Position numbers and translations under genes: made by a program
Part shown: one piece after another, positions 50,506 to 61,423 of the stretch
Layout: every line of letters starts with the position of its first letter
Numbering within the stretch: position 1 is the stretch's first letter
Assembly (NCBI GenBank): GCA_010093605.1
Contig: MU004191.1
Coordinates: 852,816 to 916,815 of the forward strand
Reading direction: 5' to 3'
DNA: 64,000 bases
From: Lophium mytilinum
Taxonomy: Eukaryota
Notes under the pieces: model-generated
What the model was told of the DNA's origin: nothing
The model's input: the letters and a program-made list of their open reading frames with translations, nothing else
The model's database searches: none

Positions 50506-51416
50506 TGAGTTGTTGCCTCCACGCCCCCTCCCTCTTCCTTCACTACACGAAACTCTCTGCTTTGGGAGAGAACTGTGTGCTGACGGGGCGGTGGTAGCTC
50601 GGTGGTGGGTAGAGCAAGACGGAAGTAGTAGAAAAAGGTGGGTGGGCTTTTCTTTCTTGATTGAGGCATGGATGGCGCTAGGGGGGGCAGGGGATGTGGG
50701 TTTAGCATGGCGTCTGGCGTTTCCGACTGATCGGATCGACACATCTGAGAGGTCGCGGGAGGCGGGGCGGCGGCGGCTTTAAAAGCTATCTGGTTTTGGT
50801 TTTCTTTTCTTTTTTTGGGGGGGGGGGAGAGGGGGTAATGGGAGGGGACAGAGAGGGAGGAGTGTAGACATGATAGGAAATTAGCTGAACACTACTTGCT
50901 TGCTGTTGGTAGGGGTGTTGAGACGCAATGTGCGAGGTTGAGTGAGATGATGGGATGGGGTTGGTGGGTTGGGGAGATTAAGACAGTGTGGATCGGAGAA
51001 GTGGATGGATTGATTTTCTAGGTTTGTGGCATTCCTCAGGAGTCCTCGACAGGTTTTAAGTTGCTATGTTGAGATGTCATCTCTGCTAACTACGTGTTGA
51101 ATCGGTGGTAAGCGGAGCTATTTTGTATGGCTCTTGGACATCGTCAGGAGTGGTACAATTGGCCACTGAAGATGGGGATGAGATGTAAGTTCTCCAACAC
51201 GCGCTGCATCGGGTAGCTAATTCCGCAAAACTCACAGCTCCATGGCACCGTCAGGGGCACGCCCATGTGTTCCAAGAAATTGCCCACAGAAGTCTCATTC
51301 GCTGCAATGCAAATGCAATGCTTAACCATCAACTTTGATTGCACCTAGAACGACTCTTAATGATCATATTCATTCTCAGCTCACCTACAACACTCAACAC
51401 CTCCTCTTCCGTCATC

Positions 51417-53015
51417 TCACCCCGACACCGTCTTCGCCGCAACACCACTACTCGCACTCCGAATCTTCGGCTCCAACGGAAACACCTGCTTGTCCGGCGT
51501 AACCCCTTTATACAACTCATCCCAGCGACTCTTCAACGGCTCCGGCGTCTCCCACGCATACTCCGGATCCCTTAGCCACAACCGCACAAGATGGCGCCTG
51601 TCACTCAACTCGTCAGCCTCAATCCAGCACAATCAACTCAACCCCAAAACAGGAAAAAAGAACCTGCCACTCACTGCTGCTCCTCGGAATCCCGAAACCC
51701 ATCGCGCGCGTGAAACGTCGCTAGGTTGTTGATGTACTGCACATCCCCCGGCTGGAAATCCAGCCCCAGCGCAAACCGCTCCGCGAGGAAGTGCACCGCG
51801 TCCAAAGCTTCTGCTTGCGCTTCTGTGATGGGTGGGATCGTTGGTGTGCGTGGGAGTGCTTGGAAGCCTGTGAAGGAGCGCCGCGCGTACTGGATGATGA
51901 TCCGCTCCGGGTCTGTCGTTGTTGCGGGCTGGTGGTACAGCAGCGGACGGGAGGTGTAGGGGCGGTCTGGGCGGCCGAACCTGTTTCCCACAGTCTTCAT
52001 ATCAGCACACTTCCCTAGACTACCTTACTCACGGTCCAATCCAGTTCAGTAGCACAGACACCTCCACCAAGAAACGGAAGAGAAAAAAAAGGGGGAAAAG
52101 CGAAACTCACCCATCCTGCACCCACTCCCCCGCCAACGTCCTCACCAAATCCGGCCTCGTCCGCGCCAGCTCATTATACACCCGCCAGTTACTCGCTACC
52201 CGACTCGTGCCCCCCTCCGCCGCGGCGCTCAGGCACAGCAGCGCGATGACGTCCCCCGCGTCCGTGTGGAAGACTTGCTTGTCGGTCGTGTAGGCGGGCG
52301 CGCCGATGTGCGCGGCGTCGGCGGTGGTGGAGAGGTCTTTGATGTGCGCGAGGACGACGTCGGCGGGGGCCCCGTTGTGTGTTTGGTCCTGGCGGCCGCG
52401 GATGGGCGCGATATGGGAGGAAACGCCGGCGTAGAGGGTGAAATTGTCGGTGCGGGTGTGGGTGGCGACGGGGAGGCCGCGCAGGACGGCGAAGCCGGGG
52501 CCGTGGTGGAGGAGGTGGGAGAGGGTGCGGAGGGGGGCGTGGAGGGTGGGGAGGGGGAAGGTGGTGGGGGAGATGTGGCCTTGGGAGAGGTTGAGGGCTG
52601 GAGAGCGTGAGAAAGGGGGGGTTTGAGTTGGTTGGAGAGGAAAGAATTGGTTGGGAAAGGTTGGTGGGAAGGTTGGAGGGAAGGTTGGAGGGCTCTTTTT
52701 GAAGGAGGAGAACGAGAAAGTCGAGAGAGAGAGAGAGGTTTAGTAGTACTCACATTTGAAATGCTCAAGGGCTGCTTCTATCTCGGCAACCTCCTCTACG
52801 CTTAGCTCATAGACCCAATTATAGCCGGATTCTTTAATGCTGTCCCCATCCCATACAAACTCCGATTCTAATTTCTCTGGAAATCCAGGCGGTAAAGTGT
52901 TCTCCAACTTCTCCGTCGCCAGCCGCCGCTGCGTCCGCGCTTTATACTTGTCGAAATCGGGCGTATATGTAATATCTGGTTGGCCAGGGGGCGCAGATAC
53001 GGAAGCGGCAGCCAT
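51417..53015 (-). CDS. TauD/TfdA-family (clavaminate synthase-like) 2-oxoglutarate/Fe(II) dioxygenase, multi-exon
   Basis: PPGQPDITY N-terminus, PAYTTDKQVFHTDAGD (HxD), FQPGDVQYINNLATFHARDGF (distal His), RHLVRLWLRD. Confidence 0.92.
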
Positions 53016-53836
53016 TTTTGAAGCTCTTATCATTCAGTATCCGAACTACACTAATGGACCGTTTATGAGATATGTGAAGGTCATGAATGAGGTTGGGGAG
53101 ATGTGACGTTAGTTATATACGCCAATCTGAACCTTGTCCCGCATTTCGACATCATCCCCTGCTATCATGCAATCGCATCTGGGGATCACGAAGGCACCAT
53201 GCTGCAAACGTATCTTCCATCCGAGATGTTGCATCTTAGCAGGGAGCCAGAAGAAGCAGGTCGTGGATCGCTGGTGATGGGGATGTTCCCGCTTGGTTGG
53301 TTGTTGTTCGGATGAGAATGAGGTAGTTTTATGTATCACGTGCTTCTTAGAGTGACCTACTTTCTAGACTTTGGATAACTCACTGAAATGCCTCGAAGAA
53401 GGTGATATATGCCAATTAGTCACTTTCAAACCCACTGCAATTGACGTTCTCCAAGACGCCCCAGAAGCCTTAGATAGTGGCAAGCAAGTGTCCAAATTTA
53501 GATGGAGACCATTCAGAAAATTTAGCGGACGGAAATTAACTTCAAATCGTGCAACATTGACTCACCTTGCAACTTCCACACACAAAAAACTGGCATTTGA
53601 GCGTTATAGATAAGCATTTATCCTACCCACAACCCAACGCCTTCAAACCTCTCGCGTCGGGTTTCCCATTCCAGCAAGCCACGACCAGCATCACCATCCC
53701 ACTTTTAATGACTCTGCACGACTCTGTGCCCCCTCCCAATCGCGAAGTTAAACAAATCAACATCATGACCCCTTACGCATAACTACAAACCCTAATAATA
53801 AACAAACACTGTACCATAACATACATTACTATCACA

Positions 53837-55257
53837 ATGTCATCCCTACCAACCCCCGAGTTCGTCGTCCTCGGCGCCGGCGTAATCGGCCTCTCAACCG
53901 CGCTCACCCTCTCCACCACCTTCCCCTCCTCCCGCATCACCATTACGGCTACTCACTTCCCCGGCGACCGCGCCGCCATCTACGCCTCGCCGTGGGCGGG
54001 CGCGAATTGGCTCAGCGTCGCTACGGATGGCGGGGCATTTGAGTCGTATGACCGGGTCACGTTTCAAAGGTTCGATGAGCTGGAGAGGAGTAGGCCCGAG
54101 TGCGGGATTAAGCGGATGGGGATTCGAGCGATCTTTGATAATGTGATCGAGGAGGCGGGGGTGCTGAGTGTGAATGAGGGAGGGGAGTTGGGGGAGAGGT
54201 TGTGGTATGAGGAGTTGGTGGGGGGCGTGAGGATGTTGCAGCCTGGGGAGGTGCCGGAGGGGGCGAAGTGGGGGATGGAGGTTGAGGGGACGTTTGTGGT
54301 TAATACGCAGGTTTATTTGCCGTGGTAAGTGGTCTTCGTTCTTGTGTTGATATGGAGTTGGTTTGGAGATGTCGAAGGGATGGTCGGAGGATTCTAAGCT
54401 GCGAATCTGGCTTGATGTGGTAAGGCAAAATGATCTAATAATGGGGTAGGTTGCAGAACGAAGCTCTGAAGAAAGGTATCAAGTTCGTCAGAAGATCATA
54501 CTCTAACATCGATGATGTGTCCAAAGATTTCCCACAAGCGGCGGCGGTGTTCAACTGTACGGGCTTGGGGTCTTACTCCCTAGGTGGTGTGGAAGACCAC
54601 AATCTGTATCCCACCCGTGGACAGGTGGTTCTCGTTGCGGAACCTAAGACGCCTATTTCGAAGATGTATTTCAGGTCGCCGAAACGCGTTGATCCAAGCA
54701 CGACCTACGTCTTCCCGCGCCCTCTGGGAGGCGGTGTGATTCTGGGCGGATGTAGACAGGAGGGTAATTGGGATGGTGAGGTGGATTTGGAGTTTGCGGA
54801 GGATATTAAGAAGAGGTGTTGTGCGCTTTGTCCGGAGTTGGGAAAACCGCAGGAGTTGCAGGTAATTAGCCATGGTGTTGGATTACGACGTAAGTACTTC
54901 TCAAGTTATTCTTCTTCAAGCCCTGCCGGCACTCCCTTGAACTTGCTGTACTACAAGAGTATCAGTTTGTTCGCTTGAGCAACCATACTGCCATTCAGTT
55001 CTCTGCTGAAGATTGGTCCTATACATGGAACTGACACACCAAAAGCCAGTAGGAAAGGCAATGCGAGAATTGAAGGCGAGCAACGCGGATCAGTTCTTAT
55101 TGTGCACAATTATGGTGCCTCCGGAGCTGGTTATCAAGCATCATGGTGCGTTTTCTCACTAGTCTTCTAGATGATGATACTAAGTAAGATCAGGGGCATG
55201 GCTGCACGTGGCGTCGACATTGCGAAGCAAACTTTGACACCGACATCGAAACTGTAA
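53837..55257 (+). CDS. D-amino acid oxidase family flavoprotein, peroxisomal (C-terminal SKL), 4 exons
   Basis: VVLGAGVIGL, YASPWAGANW, FNCTGLG, YPTRGQ, GLRP, VHNYGASGAGYQASWG; ends ...PTSKL then TAA at 55255-55257. Confidence 0.93.
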
Positions 55258-55741
55258 TGAATCTATGTGTCTATCTAGGCGGGCACTTGCTTGAGTAGGA
55301 GTAAGGTACACAGATATCACGTTTCCGAGGACCAACAAGCAAGATTCGGCCGTGCAATCTTAGTCGACACGAAGACTAGTATATCAAAGTCACCCATAAA
55401 TAAAAGCCACAAACTCTCCTAGCCTTCTCTTCTTCCCACATATAAGCTTGAAAGCTCCGGTCGACCTACTAGATCTTGAGCTGTTGAGTTCACGAATGGC
55501 AAAGGTATTCAATACAGTAATATCAATCCGGAACTACTTCACGAACGCCGTAGAGTGAAAGATCGTTTAGGAAGCTTTTACGACTGCCATGCGCTCTTAT
55601 CAGAAACTAATTAGCAATAATGCGCAGTTCGCTTTACCCCACTCTAGAAGGATTGCATATGAAGAGCTCAATTCCGCGCTGTTCACATCGACTTTCGCAT
55701 TTACTAGAAGCGTTAAAGACAGACCTTCAACATCGCCCAAA

Positions 55742-56955
55742 ATGTCTATCACAATGGACACAAAACAGATTAATGAAACGACAAAAATCTACGACCCACT
55801 CGATCCAGACGTGCTTCGCCTTCTCGACCCCGAATTCGTAGAGTACTACAACACTGCCCTAGGGACTAATATCGCGACCCATCACATTCCGCTCTCTGAG
55901 GTCCGCGCGAACCCAAAACGGTACTCAGGTTCGTGGTGCAGAGACTACACGGGCAGTCCAGGCGTCAACAATTTCACCATTCCTTCGAAAGACGGATATC
56001 TCGTGAAGTGTCGAAGCTATAGTCCAGATCCAACTCGGCATGGGAACGGCCCTTTTCCGGTCTATGTAAACTTTCACGGTATTCTCGCAGTGACTATGTT
56101 GGAAACGTTTGCAGATACTGAAACTTTGCAGGCGGCGGGTTCGTTTTCGGTGATCTAACTGCAGAAGCGGAGTTCTGCATGATGCTAAAAGACCGTTTTG
56201 GTATCATGGTGGTAGACGTGGACTATCGCCTTTGTCCAGGTACTAAAATCTATCAAATTTACTCACGGCAACTGACGAGAGATAGAGTACCGCTTTGGCA
56301 AGAACATAGAGGATAGCTGGGCTGCTTTGAAATGGGTACCTCGAACATCTCCCATTATTCCCAACGCTAGCTCACGAATTCTTCTAGGTCCACGAGCATC
56401 CTTCCGAATTGAACGTTCTCTCAGACTCAATATCGATAGGCGGCATCTCCGCCGGCGGCCAACTAGCCTGCGTACTCCAACACATGGCACGCCTCGCAAG
56501 ACTCCCACTCAAACTCGGTCAGTTCGCATCCCTCACGTCGTTAACCTTGCTCTTACCTTTCTCACTATCTTATAGCTATCCTCAGCGTCCCAACTACCGA
56601 CTTCCATACGTACTTCCCCACGCCAGAACATCGCGCACCCTTCCACCCCCTTCCTTCCGTCGCCCGATTCGCAAAGGCTCCTAGCCTCCCTGCGGCACGC
56701 CTCGCGTTCTTTAAGAGCCATGTTTTCCCCGACGAGCACCTCGAGTTTATCGAGAAGGAGATTCCGCTGATGTGGCGTGCACCGCTCCATGCACCTAATT
56801 TTAAAGGGCTCTGTGACGCGTTTGTTATCACTGCGGAGTGGCATAGGTATCTGGGAGTTCCGCACCCGTTCATGCATATGACGAAGGCATTGGCGAAAGC
56901 GAGGCAGTACGAGGATGATGTCTGTGCTGCTTTGAAGATGGCGCATCGGATGTAA
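55742..56955 (+). CDS. Alpha/beta hydrolase fold-3 (HSL-like esterase), multi-exon; appears to lack the catalytic-Asp segment (possible pseudoenzyme/pseudogene)
   Basis: VYVNFHG|GGFVFG oxyanion motif, VDYRLCPE, GGISAGG nucleophile, GVPHPF His motif; FVITAE runs directly into WHRYLG. Confidence 0.85.
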
Positions 56956-57356
56956 GTATGCTGAGAGAGGTTATGTGGCCAGGTTTCTTGGGTTCTTGCT
57001 AAAGATGAATACCTTCAAGCCGCTTTAGAGCTTACCTGGCTGCCAGACGTCTCCCCTTCGGTAGTCACTGCAAATTTCAGTATATTTCGTTTAAGATCTA
57101 GGTACTATTATATTAGGGACTTGAACGCTCTCCAAGCCCATTATGCATACATATCAGGTTGCTTCGGGTTGGACGAGGCACATACGGGCAGCACCGAACA
57201 TATGGTGTTTTGGATTGAGATTTTTCCCTTTATTCTAACCATACACCCTATTTGATCTCAAAGATATGCCCATTAACACAGAATCTAATCCGGACAACCT
57301 GCCGATACCTCCAGGTAACGATTACTCTGCCCCATAGCCCGGCTCCAACAGGCCGC

Positions 57357-58601
57357 CTACTCCGCTGGTGTTCCAAAAATGTCGAAGAATTTCACAAACG
57401 CCGTCGCTCCATCCTCCCCAAACATCGTCTCGCCGTTCTTTTTAGATTCTTCCGCTTTCTCTTTCGAGCGCGCAGCCATATCGACTTCGAACGCCTCCAC
57501 CAGCGGATCCAGCGCCCTCTGAAACGCCGCGGCATCCTGCCCAGCAGTCTCATGTGCTTTGATGATGGCGTGGGCCAGCAGCAGCGAGTCCCACATGGCA
57601 AGATTAACGCCCTCTCCGGCCCAAGGTCCCATCAGATGCGCCGCATCCCCAATAACAGTAGCGCCGGCCCTGTGCTCCCACGAGTGATCCACCGGCAGCA
57701 CGTAAAGCGCTCGAATATCCACCACGCCTCCCGGATTGTCCGTCGTCTCCTCCTCACACGCTACCGTCACCAGCTCCTTTATAACAGGACCCCAGGTGCC
57801 GATCAACGCGGGGTCGCTCAGCACACGCTCTCTGGCGGCTACCGCTGTCTGATTCGCAAGGCCGGCCGTGGCAGCGAAGTGCTCGTCGACCATGGTAAAG
57901 AACATATATATGCGGGCGGAGTCCTGGGGGCCGCGTTGCGACATGACTCCATGACGGTTACCGAGCGCAGAGAAGCTACCCGTCCCCACTAGTTCCGCAA
58001 GATGCGGATACTTCTTTGTGACTTCGCGGATGGTCAGGGTGATGTTTTGCCGGCCCTCGTAGTGCGGTTTGACGCCTGTTAGCAGATTGCGGACACTGGA
58101 CCAGGCGCCGTCCGCGCCGATGACCAGGTCGAAGGTCTCTTTCCCATTGGCACCAAAGTCGAGCTCAGTTTCGGTATGCCCCGATGCGGTGGTGGAGCTG
58201 GTAGCGGCGAGGAGCTTGCGACCCCACGTGATCTGGGCGGCGGGCAGATGAGAGACGAGGAGCTTTGTGAGGGCATGGCGGGATATCTCAGGGCGCGAGC
58301 TGTTCTCGCCTTCGTCTCTGTAGAGGATATTACCGTCCTTGTCGGCGACTCTTTGCGCCTCGCTGCATTCGCCGATGAGCTTAAGGAAATCGTTGAATAG
58401 GCCGCACTCTTTGATAGCGGCGAGGCCGGATTCGTCGTGGAGATCGAGCATTCCGGAGGGCTTGGCTAGCTCCTCGTCTGTGGGCTTCTGGCGGAGCTCA
58501 AATATGGTGAAGGGGATACTGCGTTTGTGAAGAAGGAGAGCGGTTGTTAGACCGGCGGGACCGCCGCCGATGATGGCGATTCTGGGGGAAGGGGAAGACA
58601 T
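57357..58601 (-). CDS. FAD-dependent monooxygenase, TetX-like subfamily, intronless
   Basis: RIAIIGGGPAGLT, GMLDLHDESGLAAI, RPEISR, DLVIGADGAWSSVR, IGDAAHLMGPWAGEGVNLAM. Confidence 0.9.
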   Translation of the reverse strand: MSSPSPRIAIIGGGPAGLTTALLLHKRSIPFTIFELRQKPTDEELAKPSGMLDLHDESGLAAIKECGLFNDFLKLIGECSEAQRVADKDGNILYRDEGENSSRPEISRHALTKLLVSHLPAAQITWGRKLLAATSSTTASGHTETELDFGANGKETFDLVIGADGAWSSVRNLLTGVKPHYEGRQNITLTIREVTKKYPHLAELVGTGSFSALGNRHGVMSQRGPQDSARIYMFFTMVDEHFAATAGLANQTAVAARERVLSDPALIGTWGPVIKELVTVACEEETTDNPGGVVDIRALYVLPVDHSWEHRAGATVIGDAAHLMGPWAGEGVNLAMWDSLLLAHAIIKAHETAGQDAAAFQRALDPLVEAFEVDMAARSKEKAEESKKNGETMFGEDGATAFVKFFDIFGTPAE

Positions 58602-59104
58602 GATGGAATTGGCTGATATCAAAAGAGCGACTGATATGTGTAGGACGGATTGAGACGGTTTTATGAGATGGAAATAATTCTTGAGGGTTGTAGTGATAGA
58701 GAGATCTTACCCAGCGCACCTATCCGTTCGACGCCATAGATATAGACTCTGAAGTCGGGCTCTAGAGTTTTCCGAAATGAAGCTTTCGGGCTATAGTAGA
58801 ACCCGAGTTGATGCCTACCTACACTTGGATACTACAGAAGTATCTGAGCGCCGCTTCTGCCTAACTGATCACTACGAAGCACAAATTAGGGGACGTGCGG
58901 TGAGCTGGTCACACGTCGCAGAGTATTACCTAAATGAATCTAGTGGTTCCTAGCAGTATCTCACGTGACTAGTGCCTAAGGAAGTCTTGAGTTGCACAAG
59001 ACCACTTCAATCATCCCAAATAATCCCAAAGTCAAAACTTTGAACCCTAGACTTATACGATTCTCCAGCCCCTATTTGTGTGGATCGCCGTGCCTTATAT
59101 AAAA

Positions 59105-59125
59105 AGCGCCACAAGTTGTGGCGCT
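59105..59125. promoter_or_regulatory. Perfect palindrome AGCGCCACAA-G-TTGTGGCGCT abutting a TATA-like element
   Basis: 10-bp perfect inverted repeat directly after TATATAAAA (59096-59104), in the intergenic region between the monooxygenase and PDX3. Confidence 0.45.
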
Positions 59126-59311
59126 GCGGGGCGAAAAAATGGATGCCATCATGACTGTATCAACATCCATTCATCAGCCCACTCTCATCTGATATACGGA
59201 AGATTTTCCCAACTCTATGCGCCAACTAGCTCTCAATTCCCAGCCTTCCAGAATTACCTTCCCCGGATCACCAGCTAGCATTCGAAAAAGCACCCGGGCC
59301 TGCAAAGATTC

Positions 59312-60202
59312 ATGCACCGCCATTTCCTTACTTCCATAAAGCCTTCGACATTGAACACACAAGCTCTCAACCCAGCAAAAGCAAAACTACAATCTCACAA
59401 TTCCTCACTCTCTTTATCTTACTTCTCTTCCACCACCCTCAAAACCATCAAAATGCTCCACTCCGCCAAAAACACCCACACAGACCCCTCCCCTCCCACC
59501 TCCTCCTCTACTACCGCCCCTCCCCCCGCCAAACTCATCTTCGCCCCCACCGGCGGCAGCGCCGACCCCACAAAAGCCGTGCAATACCTCCAAGGCGAGC
59601 TCTCCCGCACCACCCTCTCCCCCTCCCCGCTCACCCAATTCCACGCCTGGTTCGCCGCCGCGCACGCCGCCCACGTCTACCAACCCGAAACCGTCACGCT
59701 GGCCACCGCCTCCCTTCCCTCCGGCGCCGTCTCCGCGCGCGTCGTCTTCCTCAAAGAACTCGACACGCGCGGCTTCGTCATCTACTCCAACTGGGACACC
59801 TCCCGCAAAGCGGCGGATGTCGCGAGCAACCCGCGCGCCGCGCTGACGTTCTGGTGGCGCGAGGTCGAGCGGCAAGTCAGGGTGGAGGGGGCGGTGGAGA
59901 GGTTGAGTGCGAAGGAGAGTCAGGTGTATTATGATACGCGGGCGAGGGGAAGTAGGATTGGGGCGTGGGCGAGTCCGCAGAGTCAGGTGCTTGGGGGGAG
60001 GGAGGAGTTGGAGGAGAGGGTGAGGCGGGTGGAGGAGAGGTTTGAGGGGGTGGAGAAGATTCCGGTGCCGGAGTTTTGGGGGGGTGTGAGGGTCGTGCCG
60101 GAGGTGGTGGAGTTTTGGCAGGGGAGGGAGAGTCGGCTGCATGATCGGTTTAGGTATGAGAAGGAGGGGGAGGGGTGGAAGGTTGAGAGGTTGAGTCCGT
60201 AA
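59312..60202 (+). CDS. PDX3: Pyridoxamine/pyridoxine 5'-phosphate oxidase
   Basis: SARVVFLKE, SRKAADV, FWWREVERQVRVEG, RARGSRIGAWASPQS, PEFWGG, EFWQGRESRLHDRFRY, ERLSP; intronless; in-frame ATGs at 59312 and 59453. Confidence 0.96.
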   Translation: MHRHFLTSIKPSTLNTQALNPAKAKLQSHNSSLSLSYFSSTTLKTIKMLHSAKNTHTDPSPPTSSSTTAPPPAKLIFAPTGGSADPTKAVQYLQGELSRTTLSPSPLTQFHAWFAAAHAAHVYQPETVTLATASLPSGAVSARVVFLKELDTRGFVIYSNWDTSRKAADVASNPRAALTFWWREVERQVRVEGAVERLSAKESQVYYDTRARGSRIGAWASPQSQVLGGREELEERVRRVEERFEGVEKIPVPEFWGGVRVVPEVVEFWQGRESRLHDRFRYEKEGEGWKVERLSP

Positions 60203-60240
60203 GGGGGTGTATGAGTTAGTGTGGTGGGAATGAGGATGTT

Positions 60241-61136
60241 TTTTGACTGGCCAATTACACTCCGATGGGGGTTCTCCTGACGGTGGTATCGAGTGAGAAA
60301 GAGCGGGATCTGAGCAGTCATGAATCTATGTAACTGTACTCATGTAGATGCATTGGATATCAGACTGCCTTTTGACTTGTCATCCTGCTAGCTGGGGCAC
60401 TCCTGATGGTGGTATCGAGTGTAAGAATAAAGCTTGAACGATGTTATTTCTAGGCGTATGGGATTTAAGACGAGTGTACGGGACTTGAGTTCTTGAGGTG
60501 GGAATCAGGCTACCTTTCATCTACCGGGCCATGTTCCGATGGGAGTCCGCCTCACAGCGGTATTCATATTTCCAAAACTGGCACTCCAGCAGTGCTATAT
60601 CCGCCTATCCATACTTACACGCCTAGGCTTCGACGCTTCTACGACGTGAGTATAGCAACAGGCCATCAGCCTGCTTACCCTAGATTGACATTGTTCAGAG
60701 TACCCCTATAGGCCCTCAAATCCAGACGCGACATCAACTTCCACACAGCAGAATCCAAATTACTTTTACCAGGCGGCTTCTTGCCTATTTAGGACCCTGC
60801 TCACAGCGGTATCCAATTTCCAAGAAAGTGACAGGCGTCAGTCCGTGCACTCTAGTTTACCACTGCTTTGGTTACCCCCATGATGTTTCGAAAATCCGGG
60901 CGGGATGTCAAGTTTCATACAGTCAGATTCAGGCTACCGTTCACCTGCCGGCGCTAGGATACTCTATATACAGTGGTGTAAAGCGAGCAAGAGCAAGGCC
61001 TTAGCAGTGTTATGTTAACCTCATTGGCGGTTCCATCTCCGTTCCTGATGTTGAAGTCGACGCAGCGGAGATTAGAGCACCTTCTGGCCAGGTGGATACC
61101 TGCCAGCCAGGGCACCTCTCACGGCGGTGTCGAGTG
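60241..61136. repeat. Degenerate dispersed repeat array (~22-30-bp core, at least 5 copies)
   Basis: CTCCTGACGGTGGTATCGAGTG (60274), CTCCTGATGGTGGTATCGAGTG (60400), CTCACAGCGGTATTCATATTTCCAA (60551), CTCACAGCGGTATCCAATTTCCAA (60800), CTCACGGCGGTGTCGAGTG (61118). Confidence 0.65.
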
Positions 61137-61423
61137 GTCAAAATTGGAACTCAAACACTGGTCTTTCAACGCAGAAACAGAAAAGACTTTTATTCGACCC
61201 CGAGGTAGCGTATGCTAAACCATCATCCCAAGCACGTGATTATGTAAAACAAAAAGAAACCATAGCGTGTGAACATATAAGGAAGCGTGTGTAAAAATTG
61301 GACCGCCGCCGCATGTGAACAAGTAACCTCCACGTATTCACAACTCCCCAGAGGTCACCCATACAGCTTGCCGGAACCATTGATGAGCATCCTCACCAGC
61401 TTGCCGAAACCACTAATGAGCAT

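Noticed and set aside
57252..57992. 246-aa plus-strand ORF
   Set aside because: Antisense shadow of the monooxygenase.
59414..60142. 242-aa Pro/His- then Gly-rich minus-strand ORF
   Set aside because: Antisense product of the C/G skew in PDX3.
60241..61136. CRISPR-like interpretation of the spaced repeats
   Set aside because: Eukaryotic context, irregular long spacers, degenerate repeats and no cas genes.
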